A stretch of 64,000 bases of DNA from Victivallaceae bacterium (GTDB lineage Bacteria; Verrucomicrobiota; Lentisphaeria; Victivallales; Victivallaceae): the NCBI GenBank assembly GCA_045534015.1, contig JAZSIZ010000060.1, forward strand, positions 372 through 64,371, given 5' to 3'. The translations under genes and the position numbers were made by a program. Every line of letters starts with the position of its first letter. Positions within the stretch are counted from its first letter, which is position 1. Under the pieces are notes generated by a model. The model made no database searches and was not told where the DNA came from. It saw nothing but the letters and a program-made list of their open reading frames with translations. Below are positions 1-9,018 of the stretch, piece after piece.

Positions 1-5
1 TGATT

Positions 6-1430
6 TTGTTATTTCATCTTTTGATACTGGTAACTTTTTGCGGTTGCCAGTATCATTATACACCATTCCCTGATGACTTTTATACCTATTCGCCAGCCGG
101 AGATATATTACGCACACCTGTCACACAACCGGTTGCCAAATCATCAAACATCTGCTCTGAAATTATGCCGGATGGCTCATTCAAATTGACTTCCGGAAAT
201 TTTCAATACAGCGGACAACCGGGCGAGTATATTTTTCCGGTATTGACCGACCGGCAAAAAATCTGGCTTTTAAGCGAAAAAGATTCTCCATTTATGCAAT
301 TGGTTCAATGGGATACTGCTACTGGAAAAACAACTGTTCCGTACCCCTGTTCCCACGATATTTCCGGAATCATTGCAACATATAACAACGGTAATCACCG
401 ACTGCACGCATTACAATATTTTTCCGGCGGAGAAATCAATTATCACTATTTTGATTTGAATATGGCACGCATGGAACAAATTTTACATCGCAATGGTGTG
501 AAATGTGTTATCTGGCATGAAAAATCGCCCGTTGCTGAAAAATGGCTTGCGGAACTTCTGTATACTGATCGCGAAAACCGTTGGGCAGAATGTGATTTAC
601 ATACTTTTACCTATCGTTATCTTTCTCCGCCGGTTCCAATCTCACCCACTATACGTTACAAAATTTCGTATCACGCCAACGATGGCACTCTTATTGATGC
701 TGTTTTAACCATTCCTGAAAAGTTTACAGAGCAATTGCCTCTGATTATTTTCCCTCACGGCGGCCCCGGGACTTCTGATTTTGTCTTATATGATTTCCGT
801 GCTGCATTTTTCGCAGAACAGGGTTTTGCCGTTTTGCAACCGAATTACCGCGGAAGCCGTCATTATGGCAAAAAATTCCGTACCGACGGATGGCGTGCAG
901 CAGGAATCAAGCAAGCATTGAATGACATTATCTGCGGAATTGATTTTTTAAAAAATAACTCTATGATCGATACTGGGAAGTGTTTTATTTTCGGTGGTTC
1001 ATGGGGCGGTTTTCTGGTAACAGCACTATTAACGGCATATCCTGATTTATTCAAAGGCGGAGTCGCTTTTTTCGGAGTATACGATTTGCCGCTGATGCTC
1101 CAATCATTTCCGGAGCGTTCCTGCGCACACAGGGCGTTGGATAAATTGCAATACGGAGATATTGATAACGCTGAAGATATGAAAGATTTGGATGCCATCT
1201 CTCCGCTGAAAAACATAAAAAATTTGTCTGCACCTCTAATGTTTGTCCATTTTACAGGCGACAATGTAATTGATTGGCACCAAGCGGAACTTTTGGAAAA
1301 CGCATTGATTCAAGCCGATAAAACATACATTTTTTATCACGGGCATGGAAATCACAGTTTCAATTCACGTTCTGAAGAGTTGGAATATTTACAAAAAGCG
1401 GTATCGTTTTTCAGAAACAAGGTCAAATGA
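6..1430 (+). CDS. S9-type serine peptidase / alpha-beta hydrolase (prolyl oligopeptidase or dipeptidyl peptidase class), probable lipoprotein
   Basis: 474-aa ORF. Hydrolase domain shows HGGPG, nucleophile elbow GGSWGG, a later Asp (GDNVID) and His (GHGNHSF). N-terminus LLILVTFCGC is lipobox-like. The ORF runs to the window edge (TTG at 6), so the true start may lie upstream. Confidence 0.7.
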   Translation: MLFHLLILVTFCGCQYHYTPFPDDFYTYSPAGDILRTPVTQPVAKSSNICSEIMPDGSFKLTSGNFQYSGQPGEYIFPVLTDRQKIWLLSEKDSPFMQLVQWDTATGKTTVPYPCSHDISGIIATYNNGNHRLHALQYFSGGEINYHYFDLNMARMEQILHRNGVKCVIWHEKSPVAEKWLAELLYTDRENRWAECDLHTFTYRYLSPPVPISPTIRYKISYHANDGTLIDAVLTIPEKFTEQLPLIIFPHGGPGTSDFVLYDFRAAFFAEQGFAVLQPNYRGSRHYGKKFRTDGWRAAGIKQALNDIICGIDFLKNNSMIDTGKCFIFGGSWGGFLVTALLTAYPDLFKGGVAFFGVYDLPLMLQSFPERSCAHRALDKLQYGDIDNAEDMKDLDAISPLKNIKNLSAPLMFVHFTGDNVIDWHQAELLENALIQADKTYIFYHGHGNHSFNSRSEELEYLQKAVSFFRNKVK

Positions 1431-1556
1431 CGGTGTGTGATAGAAATATATAAAAAATCGTATCACCTCCGAAAGAAGGAATTGAAAAAAGACTGAAATT
1501 TAAATGATCTTGGCTTGTGTCAATATTTTAGTTCACATCCTTTTATTTTCTGCAGC

Positions 1557-1585
1557 TTGAATTTTTTCTGATTTGCATTTATATT
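1557..1585 (+). promoter_or_regulatory. Putative sigma70-type promoter of the GH116 gene (TTGAAT, 17 nt, TATATT)
   Basis: ttgaat at 1557-1562, 17-nt spacer, tatatt at 1580-1585. It lies about 50 nt upstream of the ATG at 1634. Confidence 0.45.
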
Positions 1586-1633
1586 AAGCGAAAATGAAAA
1601 ACGCAGTTTTTTGTGAAATGCAAGGGAAAATTT

Positions 1634-4162
1634 ATGTATTACGGTAAAGAAAAATCTTCTGCGATCTCCTTTCCTTTGGGAGGAATCGGTTCAGGTTGCA
1701 TCGGGCTGGCTGGCAACGGCAGTTTGTGTGACTGGGAAATATTCAATAATTCCAATAAAAATTCCCTGTTGGGTTACACCCATTTCTGCGTGCGTGCCGG
1801 AAAGAAATTCCGGGTATTGCAGGGGGATTGTTTTGAACCGTATACCGGACATTACCGCAAAGGTGATGATGGCAAATACCGCGGCTTCGGCTGGGGCGTG
1901 GAAGAGGGATTGGTTCCCGGATTGCCCCATTTCCGCGATTTTTCTTTCAACGGCAGATTCCCGGTTGCGGAATTGGAATTTTCCGGCGAAGAAGCCGATT
2001 TTCCATTGCAGGCTTCTCTTACGGCATGGAGTCCGTTTATTCCGGGAATGGAAAGGGAATCTTCACTGCCGTGTGCTGTTTTTGAGTACACATTCAAAAA
2101 CATTTCCAGCGAACAAATTGAAACAACCGCAGTCGGCGTACTTGCCAATCCGTGGAATCATGCCGGACACCGTAATTTTATGCGGGCCTCCGGTAATACT
2201 CTGACGGTTTGTGACGGAGAGAAAAATGAGATTTCCCTGACAGTGGTCGATATTCCGGAAAATATTTCATATCAGGAGTATCTGTATCGCGGCTCATGGA
2301 TCGATGCTATGGAAATGTATCTGAATGATCTTGCCAAAGGCGGCAGGTTTGCTCCCCGTAACTATGAGGAAAATCCGGAAGTTGCCCGGTTGGATCATAC
2401 TCTTATGGCAGACCATTTTACTCTTGCTCCCGGTGAAAGCCGGAAAGCTGTATTCATCATTTCATGGCATATCCCGGAAAGAAGCAATTTCTGGAATGCC
2501 AAAGCCGATGAAGAAGCCAGTGCCAATGGCGTGACCAATTCGTGGCGCAATTATTATGCCGCAGAGTGGAGCGATTCAGCAGCTTCAGCTGCAGAATTAA
2601 GCAGCCGCCTGACCGAATTGCGGGAGAAGACCATGCGTTTCGCAGATATTCTGCACTCATCTGATCTTGATCCGGCAATCATTGATGGAGCATCTGCATC
2701 GTTGTCAACACTGCGTTCTCCAACTTGTCTGCGGTTGGAAGATGGTACATTGTACGGTTGGGAAGGCGTCGGCACTTCATGGGGCAGTTGTGAGGGATCG
2801 TGTATCCATGTGTGGAATTATGCTCTGGCTGTACCGTTTCTGTTTCCGGCATTGGAGCGTTCCATGAATGAATCCCATTTGAAGTACAGTGTGGATGAAA
2901 CCGGTGCCGCCCACTTCCGTCTGCATCTGCCATTGGGCATAAAAGCGCAAAAAGATTGGTTCCGGGCATGTGCAGATGGTCAATTCGGCTTGATTATGAA
3001 GTGTTTCCGTGATTGGAAGATTTCCGGAAACGGGAAATGGCTTAAGGAGTATTATCCCATATTGAAAAAGATGATGGAATTTGCCTGGAGCAAAGAAAAT
3101 CCTGATTTCTGGGATCCGGAGCGTTCCGGTATATTGACCGGCAGACAGCATCATACTCTGGATATGGAACTTTACGGACTTAATTCATGGTTGACCGGAT
3201 TTTATCTGGGGGCATTGCAGGCGATGGTGCAGATCGCAGGTTTCTGCGGTGATGAGGATTTTGCCGCAGAGTGCCGGATGATCCTGAAAAAGGGGAAATC
3301 AACAGTAAATGAGTGTTTTAACGGCAGATATTTCTGTCAGAAAATAGATTTGAAAGATCATTCGATCCTCGACCGTTGGGAAGGAGTTGATTTTTTCTAC
3401 TGGAATCCGGAATATAAAGAACTCAAGTATCAGATCGGCGATGGCGTGGAAATCGATGCCTGTCTGGGAGAATTTTTTGCTTCTCTGTACGGTGTCGGCA
3501 GTGTGCTGGATAAGGAAAAAACTGAACTGACTCTGGAAACGATTTACCGGAATAATTTCCGTTGCATGCGTGAACATATCAATCCGTGGCGCAGTTATGC
3601 GGTCAACGATGAAAGCGGGGTGTGCATCTGCACCTGGCTGGCAAATAAACCGGCGATCCCGCTGCCCTATAACAGCGAGATGATGAATGGATTTGAGTGG
3701 GCGTTTGCTTCCCATTTGATGTGGTGTGGTATGACGGATAAGGCAGAAAATATTGCCCGTGCCATCCGGCAGCGTTACGATGGTTCCCGGCGCAATCCGT
3801 GGAATGAATTTGAGTGCGGCAATAACTATGCCCGCAGTATGGCTGCCTACGGATTGATCCTGACGGCGAGCGGATTTATGTTTGATATGAGTAAAAAAAT
3901 GCTCGGCTTCCAACCCCGCAAAGCCGGTATGAAGCGTTGTTTCTGGAGTATCGGCACCGCCTGGGGGGAATTCCGTCAGGATGCTGTATCCTGTTCTCTG
4001 GAAATCGCTGCCGGCAAACTGGAGCTTGATAAACTGCGTTTGCCGGTTTGTCCGCACAAAGTTATGCATAATGGCAGGGAAATAGAATTCACCATGGCTG
4101 GTGATATGATCATTCTGCCGGAAATAACACTGCTTGAAAAAGATGTACTTATTTGCTGCTGA
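1634..4162 (+). CDS. Glycoside hydrolase family 116 (GBA2-type beta-glucosidase/glucosylceramidase-like)
   Basis: N-terminal ISFPLGGIGSGCIGLAGNGSLCDWEIFN is the typical GH116 N-domain signature. Length is about 840 aa. ATG at 1634 follows an aaggga RBS, while the tracked ORF starts at GTG 1613. It ends at TGA 4160-4162. Confidence 0.8.
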   Translation: MYYGKEKSSAISFPLGGIGSGCIGLAGNGSLCDWEIFNNSNKNSLLGYTHFCVRAGKKFRVLQGDCFEPYTGHYRKGDDGKYRGFGWGVEEGLVPGLPHFRDFSFNGRFPVAELEFSGEEADFPLQASLTAWSPFIPGMERESSLPCAVFEYTFKNISSEQIETTAVGVLANPWNHAGHRNFMRASGNTLTVCDGEKNEISLTVVDIPENISYQEYLYRGSWIDAMEMYLNDLAKGGRFAPRNYEENPEVARLDHTLMADHFTLAPGESRKAVFIISWHIPERSNFWNAKADEEASANGVTNSWRNYYAAEWSDSAASAAELSSRLTELREKTMRFADILHSSDLDPAIIDGASASLSTLRSPTCLRLEDGTLYGWEGVGTSWGSCEGSCIHVWNYALAVPFLFPALERSMNESHLKYSVDETGAAHFRLHLPLGIKAQKDWFRACADGQFGLIMKCFRDWKISGNGKWLKEYYPILKKMMEFAWSKENPDFWDPERSGILTGRQHHTLDMELYGLNSWLTGFYLGALQAMVQIAGFCGDEDFAAECRMILKKGKSTVNECFNGRYFCQKIDLKDHSILDRWEGVDFFYWNPEYKELKYQIGDGVEIDACLGEFFASLYGVGSVLDKEKTELTLETIYRNNFRCMREHINPWRSYAVNDESGVCICTWLANKPAIPLPYNSEMMNGFEWAFASHLMWCGMTDKAENIARAIRQRYDGSRRNPWNEFECGNNYARSMAAYGLILTASGFMFDMSKKMLGFQPRKAGMKRCFWSIGTAWGEFRQDAVSCSLEIAAGKLELDKLRLPVCPHKVMHNGREIEFTMAGDMIILPEITLLEKDVLICC

Positions 4163-4456
4163 AAACAGCTGTCCGCCGGATCAGCTTATTTCCAGTTCAC
4201 TGTCGAAGGAAAATTTGAATTGAAACACGGTAAAGGCAGAGCTTATGTGGAACTCCACCAATTCAACAACCGCAAACAGCTTATCGGCAAACGCCGCCAG
4301 CTGATCATTCCTGCAAACAAAGAGTGGGGGACTTACTCACAAATTCAGGATATGCTGCCGGAAGCGACCTCTGCCAAACTCTTTTTCATGGCACCATTAA
4401 CGGATGCCAGAGATGCGGCATACTTCCGCAACTTCTCCATCGAGGAAGTGCTGTAA
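4163..4456 (+). pseudogene. CBM4_9-like jelly-roll C-terminal fragment, in frame directly behind the GH116 TGA (remnant or readthrough tail)
   Basis: 98 codons stay open in the GH116 frame immediately after its stop. There is no ATG, only TTG at 4220. By eye the translation resembles the C-terminal beta-sandwich of the 970-aa protein at 33893-36775. Confidence 0.35.
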
Positions 4457-4479
4457 TATTTCAGCAGAATCCATAAATA

Positions 4480-4522
4480 AAAAACCGCATGATAAATACA
4501 TCAGATTTGTCACGCGGTTTTT
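4480..4522. terminator. Possible bidirectional hairpin between convergent genes
   Basis: aaaaaccgc (4480-4488) pairs with gcggttttt (4514-4522). The 25-nt loop is long, so this is weak. A/T runs on both sides would give U-tracts in either direction. Confidence 0.3.
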
Positions 4523-4534
4523 ATTCAGGAACGA

Positions 4535-7093
4535 TCAGAATTCAAACAAATATTGACCTCCGCAGATCGTTTGTGATGCCATTTGGGATGTTTCTGGGAA
4601 TACCACTTCTGCCAGGATCCCGGCTGGCAGAGATATTTCCCACAAGATCCGTTTGCCGTCTCTTCGCCAATTGGAAACTATTTTCCCGGCAACTGTTATC
4701 ACAGAAGCATCCACCCGGTTCAGACCAGTCGGGAAATATGGACGCATTTCCACTTTTTTGAAACCGGCTGAATCTGAAGCATTGGCAATACCGGCAAGCC
4801 GGCGGTAAAACCAGACGCTGACCGCTCCCAATGGGACATGAGAAAGAGAACGGGATAAATTTCCGGGAATTTGGCTTTCCCAGATTTCCGGTATAGAACT
4901 CATGCCGCCGGCCAGCATACTGGCGTAGCCCGGATCTCCACCGCGATGCAGCAGTTTCCATATCTCATCAAATTTACCGAAACGGTCAAGTACCTGAATA
5001 AGGCATGTTGTTCCGAGCAGACCGGTTACGATACGATTGTTTTCTGCAAGTTTTTTCAGCATGGTTTGCAAAACGGCATTTGCTGTTCGGGGAGGAAACT
5101 CCATGGAATACAATGCGAATGCCGCCGCCGCGATATGGCACTCTTTATCCACAGTACCGTCGGCTGCGATAAATTTTTCAACAAATGCTCCGGTAACAGC
5201 TTCCGCTTCAGCAGAGTATTTTTCCGCATCCTCATTATAACCGAGCAAATCAGCCATTTTTGACAAAATAGACAGACAAAGCGCATACATGGCAGTGCTG
5301 ATTGATTCAGGCTTTCCTGCACCGACTTTATATCCTTTTTCCCGGCAGAGATGATCTCCCCAGAGAGCAGCAGGCATAATAAAGTTCCTGCTCTGCGTCT
5401 GCCAGAAAGCCATATTTTTGCACAAAACCGGATAGTGTCGTTTGACAATCTGTTTGTCTCCGAAGTGCAGGTAATATTCCCAGAGCATCTGATAATAAGC
5501 ACTCACAAATGGGATGTCCGGTTTTTCCCGCAGAGGGAAGGGGACAATGTGGGGAATATAGCCATCATCCCAGATTGAATCTGCCATGTCATCAAAATAT
5601 TTGGCATAAAACTTGCGCATGTCAAAATGCATCAAAGCTTCCGGAGTTGCCGTCCATGCATCACCAAGCCAGCCCAACCTTTCACAACGCTGGGGACAAT
5701 CTGTCGGCAAACCGTGAAAATTCAATTTCAATGAACGGTTACTGCACCAATGGATCTTATTGATCAAATCATCGGATGAGATAAAACTGCCGGTTTCCTG
5801 ACAATCAGTATGAATGACTTTGGCAACTATATCACTGGTATCCGGTGGATTGCTGCCCTGCCAATTGCTGATTTCTACATAACGGAAACCATGCCAGGCA
5901 AAACGGGGTTCCCATTTTTCGCCAACCGGATCGCCGGAGCAAGTGTAAATGTCTGCAGCAAGGGCGGCTGAATTGCCTCTGGTATCAAGAGTGCCATCAG
6001 GAAAAATCCTTTCCGCAAAGCGCAGTTTGATCTGTTCTCCGGATTTGCCATGTACTTTCAAACATATCCTGCCGGTGATGATCCGGTCAAAATCAGCCAC
6101 CCACAAACCCTGTGCAGGACTGAATATCCTTACCGGTTCAACAGCTTCGATCTCTCTTTCCGGTTCGATGGTCGAAAGGACCAGTTTTCCGCCGGGAGCA
6201 GGAACCTGATGCACAGGCTGCCATTGCACAGGAGTTCGGTTGAATTCCAATCTGGCATCATAATGACAACCGTCATACAGGCAGTTGAATGTTTCAGGAC
6301 CGAAAGCATAGACCCAATCCAGATCAGAAACGATCTCTTTCAGTTTGCCGCCGCCGAAATCCAGTTTCGCCAGAAGACGCATTTTAGGGAATCCGTGCCA
6401 CTGCATCCGCCAATCCCAGTATTTTCTGGCAGGGTTGAACCAACCATTACCCAGAACAGCTTCAAAACAGTTTTTCCCGCGTTGCAGAAAAGGAGTAAGC
6501 TCATACACCATATAACATATCCGTTTCCGGTAAACTGTTCTGGGCGGAGAAAGAATATCATCACCAAGTTTATGCCCATTGATGGATAATTCACCATTGC
6601 CCAAACCGCAGAACGCAGCAAATGCACTGATCGGGAGCTCATCCAAAGTAAATTCACGGCGCAAAAAAGGTGCCCGTGAATCAACTTTAAAGTCAACCTT
6701 TTCATTGAGATAAGCAACATCTTTCATCCTGGAAAGATCCAACTGCACCTCATTTTCCATCCCCGCACCGATCCATAAGGCATTTTCCCAATCGCTTTCT
6801 TTCAAATAACAGCAGGTGATCTTATGAGGAGTACTCCACTCTGTCTCATTTTCCCGGGTATCACGGGTGCGGAGCTGCCAGCTGAATGTATCAAAAGCTG
6901 CCGGCTTTTTGCCGCCGAATACAGCCTGATGATCATCGCTCAACACCCAGCCGGAATCCCAAAGTACAGAATCATCCGCTGCTGTTACTCTTATCTGCCA
7001 TGCCGCCTGTACGGCGGATGTGAAATCATATGTCCAACGGAAAATCAAATCTCCGTCAACATTATACTCCCCGTTCAAAATTCTTAAAGACAT
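4535..7093 (-). CDS. Alpha-L-rhamnosidase, glycoside hydrolase family 78
   Basis: 852 aa. Motif HGLPTDCPQRCERLGWLGDAW matches the GH78 catalytic-domain signature (TDCPxR-ERLGW-GD). RBS agaggga lies upstream of the ATG at 7093. Confidence 0.85.
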   Translation of the reverse strand: MSLRILNGEYNVDGDLIFRWTYDFTSAVQAAWQIRVTAADDSVLWDSGWVLSDDHQAVFGGKKPAAFDTFSWQLRTRDTRENETEWSTPHKITCCYLKESDWENALWIGAGMENEVQLDLSRMKDVAYLNEKVDFKVDSRAPFLRREFTLDELPISAFAAFCGLGNGELSINGHKLGDDILSPPRTVYRKRICYMVYELTPFLQRGKNCFEAVLGNGWFNPARKYWDWRMQWHGFPKMRLLAKLDFGGGKLKEIVSDLDWVYAFGPETFNCLYDGCHYDARLEFNRTPVQWQPVHQVPAPGGKLVLSTIEPEREIEAVEPVRIFSPAQGLWVADFDRIITGRICLKVHGKSGEQIKLRFAERIFPDGTLDTRGNSAALAADIYTCSGDPVGEKWEPRFAWHGFRYVEISNWQGSNPPDTSDIVAKVIHTDCQETGSFISSDDLINKIHWCSNRSLKLNFHGLPTDCPQRCERLGWLGDAWTATPEALMHFDMRKFYAKYFDDMADSIWDDGYIPHIVPFPLREKPDIPFVSAYYQMLWEYYLHFGDKQIVKRHYPVLCKNMAFWQTQSRNFIMPAALWGDHLCREKGYKVGAGKPESISTAMYALCLSILSKMADLLGYNEDAEKYSAEAEAVTGAFVEKFIAADGTVDKECHIAAAAFALYSMEFPPRTANAVLQTMLKKLAENNRIVTGLLGTTCLIQVLDRFGKFDEIWKLLHRGGDPGYASMLAGGMSSIPEIWESQIPGNLSRSLSHVPLGAVSVWFYRRLAGIANASDSAGFKKVEMRPYFPTGLNRVDASVITVAGKIVSNWRRDGKRILWEISLPAGILAEVVFPETSQMASQTICGGQYLFEF

Positions 7094-7110
7094 ATTTTCC
7101 CTCTGGTATA

Positions 7111-8997
7111 TTATCTGGCTGAATCAAGATACTGCGGAAGCTTTCCTGCGGAAAGGACTCCTTCGGTACCTTTGCCGAGTGTAAATTCTGCAGTATCGGC
7201 AATATCCATACTGATTGTATAAGTTGAGCGTACTCCGGGAGTGTGTTTGATTTTTACGACCCTGGGTTCTTCAACACTGCCGGATGCAACAACTTTACCG
7301 GATTCATCCATGATCAGATACGATACCGGGCGGCGCAGTTTCCCTGCAATTTTGAATTCAAACTCATCTGCATTTTTCAAAACCGCAAAGCGGGCGTGGC
7401 ACTCCGTCAGCAATAATTTACTGCCTGAATAACCGAATGCTCCGGTATAGTCCAGTCTTATTTCTCCACCGGAAGCAGAAATCGCAGCATAAGCATTGCC
7501 TCCGGGGGAAACAGCTTGCTGAAGATGTTTGACTTTTTTTGAAAGCGTACCATCGAAACAATTCACTCCGGTCATGTCACTGAATTTGAGCTGAATATCT
7601 CTTCTTACAACAACATAATCTGCTGTCAGTGTACCGGATCCACAGAGAATAACCGTATACATTCCGCGCAACAGGATTTTTCCCTTGAAACCGGATTGAT
7701 CATCCGGAGTCTTAACGGCGAATTTTTTGGGATTTGCGATCGCCGGGACAAAATATTGCCGGTTGCGGTTGGCTATTTCTGCAGAGATCTCCTGCATGCG
7801 GTTGTTAAGGTCAAAGTTTTTTTTGCCGCTTGATGTGATCAGTGTAATATTGCCGACAATGGTTGAAATTTGTGCATCTGTCCAACTTTTAAAAGCAATG
7901 ACCTCTTTTGAATCGCTGTTTATCTGCAGATTTCCGAAGTTTATATTGCCGATTTTACCGCCGGTCATCCCTTCTATCGCCAGTATGATTGGAATCGAAT
8001 CTTTTCCGCTCTTAATGGAACAGTCAGTAAAACTCAGTGCCACGGTATCCAGATTGTCACGGATTAATAATTCAGCGTATTTGTTGTTTTCAAAACGGCA
8101 TTTTTCAAATTTTACAAAACCTCTTGGCGGAGTAACATTTTCTCTTTTGGTACGGTAAAAACTGTTAAATACAGTCATACCTTCCCGGTTATCGGAAATA
8201 ACGCAATTGCGCACAGTGATGGATTGCGCCGGGGCATCGCCTTCCAGATAAACTGTATAAAATTCAATCCCGGCTCCCTGATTGCCGGAAATAACGCAAT
8301 TTTCAATCAGACAATTGACCAGACGCTGGGGGGCAGGGGTGGAGTTCGGTTCAAAGTCGATTCCGGCGGCCGGAGCTGTTCCGGAGGTGTTGAGGATACG
8401 ACAACGGCGGATAATCAAATCTTCCGCTGAAATAACGCTGATTCCCTGGCGGTGGTGGCTGTCGATGATCAAATCTTCAAGGATCACATTTTTGCAGTAT
8501 TTCTGATCTTTTGTTGTGCCGAGATAGATGCCGTCGCCGCCGCTTTCCCGCAGTTCCAGATTGGCGATACGCACATTGGAAACGCCGTACATACCGATCA
8601 TGTGGCGATATTCAGAAGGCTGATAGCGTTTCGGATCCTGATAATCTGATTTGCGCATTTGCAATACAACTTTGCCTTTCCCCAACATGGTGATGTTGCG
8701 CAGTCCATTTGCTCTGAACAAAAATTCGCCGAGACTGCGGAAACGCCCTTCAGCGGCGACCACTCTGACTCCATCCTCAAAGATCAAGGTCAGATCGCTC
8801 CGCAGATAGATCTGACGGTGCAGAATCAGAGGATACCCCGGATTATCCACGATAACAGTTCCCGCTCCTGAATTGATCGCAGACTGCAACGCTGTACCGG
8901 CATCATTTTTTTCAGGTTTGAAATCGCTTAATTTTACAGTGGCTGCTGACAAAAGCAATGCGGCAAAAGAAAAAACAAGGTACAGAATTTTTTTCAT
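7111..8997 (-). CDS. Secreted right-handed parallel beta-helix protein (pectin-lyase fold), probable polysaccharide hydrolase or lyase
   Basis: Signal peptide MKKILYLVFSFAALLLSAA. Repetitive beta-helix turns are visible (GGDGIYLG, HHRQGISV, AAGIDFEPN, NQGAGIEF). It lies 17 nt upstream of the GH78 gene. Confidence 0.6.
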   Translation of the reverse strand: MKKILYLVFSFAALLLSAATVKLSDFKPEKNDAGTALQSAINSGAGTVIVDNPGYPLILHRQIYLRSDLTLIFEDGVRVVAAEGRFRSLGEFLFRANGLRNITMLGKGKVVLQMRKSDYQDPKRYQPSEYRHMIGMYGVSNVRIANLELRESGGDGIYLGTTKDQKYCKNVILEDLIIDSHHRQGISVISAEDLIIRRCRILNTSGTAPAAGIDFEPNSTPAPQRLVNCLIENCVISGNQGAGIEFYTVYLEGDAPAQSITVRNCVISDNREGMTVFNSFYRTKRENVTPPRGFVKFEKCRFENNKYAELLIRDNLDTVALSFTDCSIKSGKDSIPIILAIEGMTGGKIGNINFGNLQINSDSKEVIAFKSWTDAQISTIVGNITLITSSGKKNFDLNNRMQEISAEIANRNRQYFVPAIANPKKFAVKTPDDQSGFKGKILLRGMYTVILCGSGTLTADYVVVRRDIQLKFSDMTGVNCFDGTLSKKVKHLQQAVSPGGNAYAAISASGGEIRLDYTGAFGYSGSKLLLTECHARFAVLKNADEFEFKIAGKLRRPVSYLIMDESGKVVASGSVEEPRVVKIKHTPGVRSTYTISMDIADTAEFTLGKGTEGVLSAGKLPQYLDSAR

Positions 8998-9018
8998 TTT
9001 AGAATTATTCTCCTTAAA

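Noticed and set aside
4160-4162. TGA after GH116 read as selenocysteine
   Set aside because: A glycosidase C-terminus is not a plausible selenoprotein context. The downstream hairpin has only a 3-nt loop and starts 4 nt after the TGA, unlike bacterial SECIS elements. No sel genes are in the window. TGA is used as an ordinary stop by many genes here. It is kept only as a remote alternative in the finding.
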